This document shows, in pieces, positions 1 to 8,034 of a stretch of DNA of 34,201 bases (position 1 is its first letter; every line of letters starts with the position of its first letter). The notes below the pieces were generated by a model that did not search any database, had not been told where the DNA came from, and saw nothing but the letters and a program-made list of their open reading frames with translations. Origin of the DNA: a virus (Duplodnaviria > Caudoviricetes). The stretch spans positions 1 to 34,201 of IMG/VR virus record IMGVR_UViG_3300030376_001717; one strand, given 5' to 3'. The translations under genes were made by a program, and so were the position numbers.

Positions 1-107
1 TTTGTCTCTTAATAACGATCCCATTTGTTGAGATAGCATTTGTATGTTAGCAGAATACTGCTGTACAAAAGCTGTAGTTATTTGTGATGACATAATTGTC
101 TCTCCAT
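1..107. repeat. 107-bp terminal direct repeat, left copy (probable circular-assembly overlap)
   Basis: 1-107 is identical to 34095-34201 and contains the start of the major capsid gene. Confidence 0.95.
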
Positions 108-249
108 TTTTATTGTTATTGTTAAGTTAAACAGAAAGGTTCTCCGTCAAATTGACAGGCAATTCTTGCATTTAAAGTCTGTTAGACTACTGTCTATTCC
201 ATGTCGTCAGTAAGGTTCACGTAGTATAACTTGCGAATTGTCCTACTAA

Positions 250-289
250 TAACCCCTTACATTAATTTTTAAAAAAATACAAGGGGTTA
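250..289 (-). promoter_or_regulatory. Inverted repeat / candidate late promoter upstream of the major capsid gene
   Basis: TAACCCCTT(250-258)...AAGGGGTTA(281-289). The minus strand reads TTGTAT-N17-TAAGGG, with the repeat arms overlapping the -35 and -10 positions. Confidence 0.45.
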
Positions 290-293
290 AAAA

Positions 294-1163
294 TTATTTA
301 GTTAGCATTTCTCTTAAAGTATAAACTTGTTGTACCATTTTATCATGGTCAGGATGTGATTTATTCCAATAAGGTCCATCTTTATTATTCATAATATCAG
401 ATATTTCTGTTTCAACATCAGTGTTTGAACTTACGTTTTCACTTTCTGTAGAAACTATTTTATCTTCTGACATCATTCCAGCTATCTTTGCGAAGCCTTT
501 AATAATTTCAGGATGATCTCCAAGTCTCATTCCATCTTTAAGTTGCATATCTAATATCTCTGGGTTCATGTTAGCTTTTGCTAATGCTCCAGCTTTCTTA
601 ACATTAGATTCAAACTCTCGACCCCACTCTTGTCTTAACTGTTGTTCAGATTGAACTTGAGCAGTTTCAGTATCGACTTTGGCTTGTTGAGCCATGCCTT
701 CCATATTATTTTTATAGAACTCTAAGATACCTTGAGCTTGTTTATTATTTAAACCTAATTGATGTGCGTTCTCAGCAAACTGTTTTATTGCAGATTCATC
801 AATAGGGACAACTTCTGATTTTGCATTTAAACTATATTTATCTGCAGACTCAGGTCTACCTAGTTTATCATATACTTCATTCCATTGATCGTCTGTTGAG
901 TTTTTATTAGGTACAGCAACTTTATCTTTACCAATCATTTGTGTTGCATTGATATATGACTTTGCTAGTGCATCTATCTCTGTAAACTTTTCTATGTTTG
1001 GATCGTTTCTAAACTCTTCGGAGATTGCTTCCTTCCAAGTTTTTGCTGCGGGTTGTGTTTCAGTAGAAGGTGCGATGGTTGCTTCTACGGGTTTAGTATT
1101 TTCTGTAGATGTTTCTGTCTTTTCTACAGGCACAGTTTCCTGTGTTATCTGTTCTGATGACAT
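294..1163 (-). CDS. Capsid assembly scaffolding protein
   Basis: Acidic helical 289 aa protein with LGRPE...Y and L.QEWG motifs, lying between portal/Bbp19-like and major capsid genes across the junction. Confidence 0.8.
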   Translation of the reverse strand: MSSEQITQETVPVEKTETSTENTKPVEATIAPSTETQPAAKTWKEAISEEFRNDPNIEKFTEIDALAKSYINATQMIGKDKVAVPNKNSTDDQWNEVYDKLGRPESADKYSLNAKSEVVPIDESAIKQFAENAHQLGLNNKQAQGILEFYKNNMEGMAQQAKVDTETAQVQSEQQLRQEWGREFESNVKKAGALAKANMNPEILDMQLKDGMRLGDHPEIIKGFAKIAGMMSEDKIVSTESENVSSNTDVETEISDIMNNKDGPYWNKSHPDHDKMVQQVYTLREMLTK

Positions 1164-1165
1164 AT

Positions 1166-1414
1166 TTATTTTCCTTTTTCATTATCGTTTTGTAGCATTG
1201 CTTTTATAAATAGAAGGATGCTACGTTGTCCTTCCATATATGCACTCTCATGACTATCACCTTTTACATTGGTAGTCGTATGATGGTGGCATCTCTTTTC
1301 TAAATCAGACATGACTTGTTTGCCTTCGTCTGTATTAAATATAAATTGATAGTTCTTCTTTAAACTCTCAACATACTTTTCAAAGTTTTGTTCTTTATCT
1401 TTTGCTTGACCCAT
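1166..1414 (-). CDS. Bbp19-like head assembly protein
   Basis: Y..IF...EGKQV..DL...AYMEGQRS..L.I pattern; conserved position between portal and scaffold. Confidence 0.7.
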   Translation of the reverse strand: MGQAKDKEQNFEKYVESLKKNYQFIFNTDEGKQVMSDLEKRCHHHTTTNVKGDSHESAYMEGQRSILLFIKAMLQNDNEKGK

Positions 1415-3042
1415 TATTCTTCTTCAGCATTTGCAACGGCTCGTGCTTCTTCAGGTAAGGCTTTAGCTAGTGGAGCTATATCTCCTCCAGCTTTTGCTAC
1501 CTGTTGTAATTGTTGCATCTGCATTTGCTCCTGTTGTTGTTGTTGTGCTTGTTGTCGTTCTGCATTAACTTGACTTTGTGATTTTAATATCTTCTGTGGC
1601 ACACCAACTATATCAGCTAAGTGTTTAACAAGATTATCAAAATTAACATAATCAAATACAGGAGCTACATTAGCCATGCTTCCAAGAATTTCAATAGCTC
1701 TCATAATAGATTGTAACTCTGTGGATTTCTGTGCTTTAGCTAATGGTGAAACGTATTCAATTTCTATATCCTGACCAGATAAAAACTCTGGTGCTGGAGG
1801 TAATTGATTGTTTCTTAATAGAATATTAAATACTCTATCAATTAAAGGTTTTAATAATTCAGATTGTAATCTTCCTAATACTGGTCCTAGTAATCTCATC
1901 TTCTCTTCGTTACGTTGTATAACTTCTGTTGCTGTCATTTGTGGACCTTGTTGCATCATAAGTTGATTTACATAGAACACAGCTCTAATGGCATCTCGTC
2001 TTTGCTCTTCCATGTTTAATCCTAATGGATTATTTGCACCAATGTTTAAAGGTTCAATTCTATCTCTTGTACCTGATCTATAAAAATTTAATCCACCTGG
2101 TACAGTTCTAACAGGTAATAAGAAACCATCATCAGGAACTAATAGAGGTGGGTCTACTTGTTTCTGTGCAGCTTTAATTGTTGTCTTAACCATTTCATTT
2201 AACATCTTTACATCAGGTAAAGCTGTCATGGCAGGTGATCTTCCATAGATTTCATGTGAAGCCTTTAGGTATCTTGGTACAACAAAAGGGAACTCTTTAA
2301 ATCCTGATACGGATAATTCATTACCATTTTTATATTCCATATACACAGATTCAAATGGCATATTCTTTTTATCTTTTTTTGTAGGATTAAAATCTGCTCT
2401 TGGATAAACTGCGTGTACAATCTCAACTTCTTTGTATGGGTCTTTTTTTTCTAATACTAATATATCTTGTGATACTGCTGTGCCAAATTTTTGCACCACA
2501 GCTCGTGCTGATAAATTAAATCTTCTATAGATGGTATCAATTCTACCTTTATCATTTTCTGCAATATAAACTTCATCAATGTGTCTTGTAGAAAATTTTA
2601 TAAAATCTTCATCATCTTCTTCGATAAACATTGCTGCTGTACCAAAGGTAATAAGGTCATGATACAATTCAAATATTTCTTGTTGAAAGTTTGATCGATT
2701 AAATGCTGTGTACATTGTTTCTGTTGCAGACTCTAACCACAGTTTAGCTTCATCTTCTTGATCCACATTGTCTTGTTTAAATCTTAAAGTAAACCAAGGT
2801 GTAGATGGATTTGTAAGCATACCATGTAATGATGCTGCTAATAATTCTAAGGCTTGTAAAGGAGAACTATCAAAGATGAGTTCCATTCTTTTATCGCCAC
2901 GAGTTCTTTTTTTAGTTACGTCTGATTTTCTTGGCATCATGTAATCTGCTACTTCTTGCCAATGGGTTTCCCAGTTTTGTCTTTGACCTGCTAGTCTGCT
3001 AAATCTTGTTAATAGTTTTTTTGTTAAATCTGTTTTTGCCAT
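1414..3042 (-). CDS. Portal protein (head-tail connector, T7 gp8/BPP-1 type)
   Basis: 542 aa with YGRSPAM..LPD and MTATEV..R.EEK...LGPVLGRL motifs and a Q-rich C-terminus. Confidence 0.95.
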   Translation of the reverse strand: MAKTDLTKKLLTRFSRLAGQRQNWETHWQEVADYMMPRKSDVTKKRTRGDKRMELIFDSSPLQALELLAASLHGMLTNPSTPWFTLRFKQDNVDQEDEAKLWLESATETMYTAFNRSNFQQEIFELYHDLITFGTAAMFIEEDDEDFIKFSTRHIDEVYIAENDKGRIDTIYRRFNLSARAVVQKFGTAVSQDILVLEKKDPYKEVEIVHAVYPRADFNPTKKDKKNMPFESVYMEYKNGNELSVSGFKEFPFVVPRYLKASHEIYGRSPAMTALPDVKMLNEMVKTTIKAAQKQVDPPLLVPDDGFLLPVRTVPGGLNFYRSGTRDRIEPLNIGANNPLGLNMEEQRRDAIRAVFYVNQLMMQQGPQMTATEVIQRNEEKMRLLGPVLGRLQSELLKPLIDRVFNILLRNNQLPPAPEFLSGQDIEIEYVSPLAKAQKSTELQSIMRAIEILGSMANVAPVFDYVNFDNLVKHLADIVGVPQKILKSQSQVNAERQQAQQQQQEQMQMQQLQQVAKAGGDIAPLAKALPEEARAVANAEEE

Positions 3043-3260
3043 TATTGTCCTAATAAACTTTTTCTACCTAATGTTAATGTTTGATCTTCTACTCCGCCAG
3101 GTCCTGTCATAATTGTCATTGATCTTCCTCTCGCTTTTGTTTTTCTTGAATCATATCCATCCATGCTAGTTGCTGTTACTTGAGACACCTCTGCTTGTGT
3201 TGGTGCGGGTGGTGCAGGTGGAGGTGCGGGTGGTTTAGGTGGTCTGAATACACTTCCCAT
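3042..3260 (-). CDS. Small proline-rich virion protein (T7 gp7.3-like position)
   Basis: MGS..PPKPP N-terminus, GR..TI.TG motif, C-terminal KSLLG; TAATG-coupled to portal. Confidence 0.6.
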   Translation of the reverse strand: MGSVFRPPKPPAPPPAPPAPTQAEVSQVTATSMDGYDSRKTKARGRSMTIMTGPGGVEDQTLTLGRKSLLGQ

Positions 3261-3261
3261 A

Positions 3262-3588
3262 TTATGCTCCTAATAAAGTTCTTTTAGAAAGCGTAAAGTT
3301 TGAATCTTCTGCGGGTGCTTCCTGTGGATTTAATTTATAATATTTTCTTTTTTGTGCTTTGGTAAATTTTTTAAAAGCTCCTGTTTTTTCTACAGGTGTT
3401 AAATCAGTTTTGCCAGTTTGATTTACATAAGCTCTTCTAGCATACGTTAATTCTTCAGGTTTGTCTCTAATAACCGATGGACCCATTGAAAACTTTTTTC
3501 CATCTTTAGTTTGTAGTCTTACATTTTTATTACTATAATCTGTATCAGGTCGTTTAAGTTTTCCAATCATTGCTCCATTTGCTCCCAT
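3262..3588 (-). CDS. Small basic virion-associated protein ending in RTLLG
   Basis: Tightly packed ORF sharing the MG start and TLLGx end with both neighbours. Confidence 0.55.
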   Translation of the reverse strand: MGANGAMIGKLKRPDTDYSNKNVRLQTKDGKKFSMGPSVIRDKPEELTYARRAYVNQTGKTDLTPVEKTGAFKKFTKAQKRKYYKLNPQEAPAEDSNFTLSKRTLLGA

Positions 3589-3590
3589 AA

Positions 3591-3812
3591 TTACGATCCT
3601 AATAAAGTTTTCTTTTGCACTTCCGCTTCTTCCTCAACACCTAAAGGTCCAGTTAAGATAGTTGATTTTCTACCTTTTCTTTTTCTTTCTATCGCTGCTT
3701 GTTCCGCTGCAATTCTATCTTTTTCTTCTTGAGACACTTCAGTTGATGGTGGTGTCGGCAAAGGTTGAACGGGTGGTAGTGGCGGCATTTTTGGTGAAAA
3801 TAATGATCCCAT
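3591..3812 (-). CDS. Small proline-rich virion protein (paralog of 3042-3260)
   Basis: MGSLFSPKMPP...GRKSTILTGPLGVE...KKTLLGS. Confidence 0.6.
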   Translation of the reverse strand: MGSLFSPKMPPLPPVQPLPTPPSTEVSQEEKDRIAAEQAAIERKRKGRKSTILTGPLGVEEEAEVQKKTLLGS

Positions 3813-3814
3813 AA

Positions 3815-5086
3815 TTATATAATCCTGTATTCGTTATCTGCTACACTTTGTGGTGCAACTTGTCTAGTATTAATTTCTTGTAAACCTACCGCTAGGTATC
3901 TCATTGCATCACACGCATGAGACGACCAATCGTGTACAGGCTTACTTCGGAACATTCGATTTTTATCAATATACTTCCGATGGTAATGTCTTAACGCATC
4001 TATTAACTTTTTGCAATGGTCTGTATCAATCCAACATCGAGGTAAGGTCATTGTGGTTGCGTGTATACCATCTTCTAATGGAATTTTAGGAACGACTTTA
4101 AATCTAACACCTAATTGATAGGCGACCTCTCTCCTGGTTTTACCATTGCTAAAATCTGTAACTTCTATATCATGCGGTGCGAAATGATCTTTGTAGACAT
4201 AATCTTTCTCCTTAATCATCTGAATATAATGCGGTAATCCTTGTCCACGTTCTTCATGGTAGTCGATAATATTAATTGATCTACCTAGCTGCTGAAAGAA
4301 TATGATAGCACTATGATCTGATACTCCTAAGTCCCAAGCTGTATTCACAGGCAACGATGGATCATAAGGTACTCTAGTTAATTGCTTTTGATCTTCCATC
4401 TTCACTAATGTATCATTGTAAATAGATCCTTCAATATTCGCAATCCAATCGCACTCAAACTCTTGAAGATACTTCTTCTCACCCATTACTTCTTTTGCCT
4501 TGACTAACTCTTCGTTATCTACAATCTTAGTTTCACTTGCTTTAGCTTTATAGTTAAACCAATCCTCTGCTCCTTGTGCGTGTTGATACAATTCATAAAA
4601 GTTATTGTTCATGCCTTGTGGTGTACCTATAAATACGCAGTAACCTTTTCTATCTGACAATGCTGGTCTTATAATTTCAGGAAAGAGTTTATCATTGACA
4701 TTTGCGTACTCATCAATCACACATCCATCTAGGTAGATACCCCTTAACCCGTCAGAGTTTTCTGACCCAAGCAAAGTTATTCTTGCACCATTGGGTAAAT
4801 CTACCCTTAGCTCTGTTTCATTAAACTTGGTGTAAGGTATTTTCGCTGTAAACTGTTTCATGTAATCCCAAGCGATTGATTTACTTTGTTTAAATGTTGG
4901 CGAAATGTAGGCATATCTTGGGTTCTTGTTTTTGGACAATAGTGCTGACCTAATTAAGTGATTGATCATACATACTGTTTTGCCGAACCTACGATGACAA
5001 ACCAATACCGACCATCTATGTTTAGATATTTCATTATGTAAGAAGGCTTGGTGCTTTCTAGGAGTGTAAGGTATTTTAATATCCAT
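3815..5086 (-). CDS. terL: Terminase large subunit
   Basis: Walker A HRRFGKT, Walker B LRG...CVIDE, motif III IGTP, nuclease WDLG..D and HDWSSHACDA. Confidence 0.96.
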   Translation of the reverse strand: MDIKIPYTPRKHQAFLHNEISKHRWSVLVCHRRFGKTVCMINHLIRSALLSKNKNPRYAYISPTFKQSKSIAWDYMKQFTAKIPYTKFNETELRVDLPNGARITLLGSENSDGLRGIYLDGCVIDEYANVNDKLFPEIIRPALSDRKGYCVFIGTPQGMNNNFYELYQHAQGAEDWFNYKAKASETKIVDNEELVKAKEVMGEKKYLQEFECDWIANIEGSIYNDTLVKMEDQKQLTRVPYDPSLPVNTAWDLGVSDHSAIIFFQQLGRSINIIDYHEERGQGLPHYIQMIKEKDYVYKDHFAPHDIEVTDFSNGKTRREVAYQLGVRFKVVPKIPLEDGIHATTMTLPRCWIDTDHCKKLIDALRHYHRKYIDKNRMFRSKPVHDWSSHACDAMRYLAVGLQEINTRQVAPQSVADNEYRII

Positions 5087-5088
5087 AT

Positions 5089-5280
5089 CTAGTGTATCAT
5101 CTTGCTAGGCATACTATAGCCAGTAGAATTATAATCAAACTGTAATAAGCTCATCGTGTATTGTGCAAAAGTCTCTGCACTATCTTTGCTGCCTAACCCA
5201 TATATCTTAATGGTTAAGGTGTTTGTCTTTTCATCAATTAAAACAACTGAAGTTAAATCATCTTGTATGTAGTCCCACAT
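5089..5280 (-). CDS. Hypothetical protein, first ORF of the late operon
   Basis: 63 aa ORF ending 2 bp before the terL start. Confidence 0.65.
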   Translation of the reverse strand: MWDYIQDDLTSVVLIDEKTNTLTIKIYGLGSKDSAETFAQYTMSLLQFDYNSTGYSMPSKMIH

Positions 5281-5637
5281 ATCATACTACATATAGTAAT
5301 TACTATTTAATTTAAAGGGAGGTCTGGCAAGGTGAATAAGATGGTGGGTTGTTTTTGGGGTATGGCGATAATTACATCTGAAACTGTGTGTAGATGACTG
5401 ACTGTGTAAGGGTGTCCTCGAGTCCCATGTATATATATATATTAATCGGCGGGTCGATCTAGGGGTATAGGGGGGGTATAGCTTTACAAAATTAGAGGGT
5501 TATCTAGATAATATTACTAACGATAACTTATGACTATCAATAGTAAACCAATTAATGCTTTAATATATAGGTCAATACTACTGTCCGATCTCTATATGCG
5601 GGAAAATAAAACGTTGTTTGATTATTAGAATAGGATC

Positions 5638-5823
5638 TTATTCCACTCTTTTAATCTTTACATATTTTAATAACTCATGATCTTTTTTATTTGTGTACTT
5701 AACTTGAATAACTTCGCCAGGTTTATATTTATTGTTTAGCTGCTTTAAACATTTTTTATAACTCATTGCTTTTAATGTTTCCTGGTTGCCTTGCTGATCC
5801 TTTATTAAATAAGTATATCTCAT
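5638..5823 (-). CDS. Hypothetical basic protein
   Basis: 61 aa ORF divergent from the plus-strand cassette; no clear RBS. Confidence 0.5.
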   Translation of the reverse strand: MRYTYLIKDQQGNQETLKAMSYKKCLKQLNNKYKPGEVIQVKYTNKKDHELLKYVKIKRVE

Positions 5824-5959
5824 ATTGTTGTATATTTATCACAGTTGCATTTATATCACACTAATATCTTGACCCATTTTGGACTTATTATTTGCTTGAC
5901 TTATATTTCTAATAGTTTACCAATTTGGCTATGACAACAAAAACAACAAAGGGGAAACA

Positions 5960-6274
5960 ATGAGCGATAAAACAACAATGCACCAATTAGAAAAAAATCT
6001 AATTGAAGAACTAAACGACAATAAAAAAGAAATATTGGAACATGAATATCCTAGCGATTTAATTCATGAATATGCGGATGGGTGGATACCTATATATAAT
6101 AGCGATCTAATAGAAGCATTATCAAGTGATCCTAGTCTAGCTTATGTTGATGATCATGGCTTATTACCAACTGATCCAGGTGTTCACGATATGATAAGAA
6201 CAGCAATATATGAAAGACTTATTGGTGTAGCTTATGAATGGTTGAATGACAATGAAGAGAAAGATGTTGCATAA
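5960..6274 (+). CDS. ocr: Ocr-like (T7 gp0.3) acidic DNA-mimic anti-restriction protein
   Basis: 24 D/E versus 7 K/R in 104 aa. Core D.IH..AD...P.Y..D......S........D.GL.P....V.......IYE.L aligns without gaps to T7 Ocr as recalled from memory (18/55 identical). RBS AAAGGGG. Confidence 0.72.
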   Translation: MSDKTTMHQLEKNLIEELNDNKKEILEHEYPSDLIHEYADGWIPIYNSDLIEALSSDPSLAYVDDHGLLPTDPGVHDMIRTAIYERLIGVAYEWLNDNEEKDVA

Positions 6275-6294
6275 TAAACCAAAATGGTTAATAT
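6267..6294 (+). promoter_or_regulatory. Candidate sigma70 promoter with palindromic operator in the spacer
   Basis: TTGCAT-N16-TAATAT with AACCA-AAA-TGGTT (6277-6289) in the spacer. Confidence 0.35.
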
Positions 6295-6315
6295 AAACTT
6301 AACAAGGGGGAAACA

Positions 6316-6399
6316 ATGTTTATACTTGAGATAATACCAATGATCTTAATTTATATATTATTTGCATATATAATATTGGAGGGTAAAGATGAAAGCTAA
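6316..6399 (+). CDS. 27-aa hydrophobic single-TM peptide (not in ORF track)
   Basis: MFILEIIPMILIYILFAYIILEGKDES; preceded by AACAAGGGGGAAACA, almost identical to the ocr-like RBS. Confidence 0.6.
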   Translation: MFILEIIPMILIYILFAYIILEGKDES

Positions 6400-6604
6400 A
6401 TACTTTGTATCAGTCTTAAAGATATTAAAAGATAAGTATAACTTTAATTTTAATATCAATGACACAATGCAACAAGCTCAGGATAAGATTGACGAGCTGA
6501 ATACATTTAAAGATATACCTACAACTAATGGATCTCACTTACTTCCAGGAAACGTAATAGACTTCCTAAAAGAACGAGATCAAAAAAAGAAAGGGGATAA
6601 ATAA
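6389..6604 (+). CDS. Hypothetical early protein
   Basis: GGAGGG RBS; TAATG coupling to the next ORF. Confidence 0.7.
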   Translation: MKAKYFVSVLKILKDKYNFNFNINDTMQQAQDKIDELNTFKDIPTTNGSHLLPGNVIDFLKERDQKKKGDK

Positions 6605-6786
6605 TGGAACAGATTGAATATAAAAAATATAGAATAGACTATGTGTATGATTGTTCTGAGGGTTATGATGAAATAAATTATTATAATGTTTGGACACCAG
6701 ACGGACTTGATTTAGCTGCTGATCAATTTGCAACTATTGAAGAAGCTAAATTATTTATTGATAATCAAACAAAGGGGGATAAATGA
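6604..6786 (+). CDS. Hypothetical acidic early protein
   Basis: AAAGGGG RBS; acidic 60 aa with FATIEEAKLFID. Confidence 0.7.
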   Translation: MEQIEYKKYRIDYVYDCSEGYDEINYYNVWTPDGLDLAADQFATIEEAKLFIDNQTKGDK

Positions 6787-6920
6787 GTAGCGAGAAGCCA
6801 TGTTTTATTTGTGAAAATAAAACAAAAGAATATTTTACTTGTAATAAAACAAATAGAGTTTTGTGTGAGAGTTGTGTAGAAATAACTACAAGTGATGAAT
6901 GGGGGAATGATGACAAGTGA
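6783..6920 (+). CDS. 45-aa zinc-finger-like protein (not in ORF track)
   Basis: MSSEKPCFICENK...VLCESCVE (CxxC...CxxC); AAAGGGGG RBS; ATGA overlap. Confidence 0.65.
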   Translation: MSSEKPCFICENKTKEYFTCNKTNRVLCESCVEITTSDEWGNDDK

Positions 6921-7050
6921 AAAGCAATTAATATTAATTATATTGGTAGCTGTTGTAGTGTTTGGGTATCAATATTATAAAGATGAGAAAAAAAAACATG
7001 ATGAAAAATTACAAAGACACTTATCAAAATACTTTGATAGCAAGTGGTGA
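6910..7050 (+). CDS. 46-aa single-TM membrane protein (not in ORF track)
   Basis: MTSEKQLILIILVAVVVFGYQYYKDEKKK...; GGGGG RBS. Confidence 0.6.
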   Translation: MTSEKQLILIILVAVVVFGYQYYKDEKKKHDEKLQRHLSKYFDSKW

Positions 7051-7168
7051 ACAGAATTTAACAGAGTTAGTTAGATTAACTCTATTAAATATATTGAGTG
7101 TACAAGGTGTTATATATACTCATTATAAAAACAAACAACTAAACAAAAAACAAAAGGATATAAAATGA
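6998..7168 (+). CDS. Hypothetical protein
   Basis: Track ORF 6962-7168 shortened to the ATG at 6998; ATGA coupling to the next ORF; start uncertain. Confidence 0.45.
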   Translation: MMKNYKDTYQNTLIASGEQNLTELVRLTLLNILSVQGVIYTHYKNKQLNKKQKDIK

Positions 7169-7326
7169 TGACTAAAGAAGATTATGTAAAATCTCAAATG
7201 GAAAGTGCTGATACAGATTTTGTAAATGAATTATTATACGAACATTATAATAATGAAGTTAAAAATATGGATCAAAAAGAATTTGAGAAACATTTAGAAA
7301 ATATAGGTTTAAACACAAACAACTAA
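7165..7326 (+). CDS. 53-aa acidic hypothetical protein (not in ORF track)
   Basis: MMTKEDYVKSQMESADTDFVNELLYEHY...; AAGGA RBS; stop codon overlaps the terS stop. Confidence 0.6.
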   Translation: MMTKEDYVKSQMESADTDFVNELLYEHYNNEVKNMDQKEFEKHLENIGLNTNN

Positions 7327-7790
7327 TCCTTTGGTGGTGTAGGTGCTGAGATATTCTCAGCATTTACATCAATTAATTCTGGACTATCTTCCCAACTAAT
7401 TTGAATTTTACTGTCGGAACGTACATCTAACTTTTGTTTCTCTTGGAATATAGAACTCAATCTTGGAGCTAGAAATTTCAGAAAGTCTTTTCGCTCACGA
7501 AGAAACAGCAGCTCGTTTGGAGATAAATCCATATTCTCACTATTAAATATTTGCAGCATCTTCTCAACTAAAGTTTTAATACCTACCTCTTGAGCCTTGT
7601 TAAATTCAGCTTGGAACTTTGGATTTCTTTCTAAGTATTTCTGCAAACTCATCAAGCTGATCTTTAAATCTCTTGCTACTTCTATGGACAGACCTCCATC
7701 GTAAATGGTTTCGAGAATAGTATTTTGTTCTATATCCGAAAGAACTAGATCGCTCTTCTTCTTTGAGGATATACTCTTTGATTTGCTCAT
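7323..7790 (-). CDS. terS: Terminase small subunit (Sf6-like HTH type)
   Basis: N-terminal HTH (GLSIEVARDLKISLMSLQKYL), then NPKF..E...AQE.G and a KFLAP helix; ends in I.ISWE. Confidence 0.65.
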   Translation of the reverse strand: MSKSKSISSKKKSDLVLSDIEQNTILETIYDGGLSIEVARDLKISLMSLQKYLERNPKFQAEFNKAQEVGIKTLVEKMLQIFNSENMDLSPNELLFLRERKDFLKFLAPRLSSIFQEKQKLDVRSDSKIQISWEDSPELIDVNAENISAPTPPKD

Positions 7791-8034
7791 CAGTTTTATT
7801 TCTAAAATTAACTAGGTTTTTTAATATGTTAATCTTCTTTTGTAGTTGTACCTTATTATTCTTAAAAAGTCCTTTGTATTTTCTTGTCTTACTATCCCAA
7901 GACTTTGACCCATTATGGAACATACAAAGATAACGATTGTTAGTGGGTGTATAATAGCCTTTACAACGACACCTCTTACCACTTGTCTTTGCTATGGCTT
8001 CGCAATAAATCTTTTGACTTATTCTTCCTGTCAT
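7606..8034 (-). CDS. HGGxSTG-like Zn-binding protein
   Basis: C.A..K.SG.RC...R.LC.FHNG.S, a divergent HGGxSTG pattern often found next to terS. Confidence 0.55.
   Translation of the reverse strand: MTGRISQKIYCEAIAKTSGKRCRCKGYYTPTNNRYLCMFHNGSKSWDSKTRKYKGLFKNNKVQLQKKINILKNLVNFRNKTDEQIKEYILKEEERSSSFGYRTKYYSRNHLRWRSVHRSSKRFKDQLDEFAEILRKKSKVPS

Noticed and set aside
1-107. 107-bp end repeat as a biological direct terminal repeat
   Set aside because: It cuts through the start of the capsid gene and is exact, so it is more likely an assembler overlap on a circular contig.
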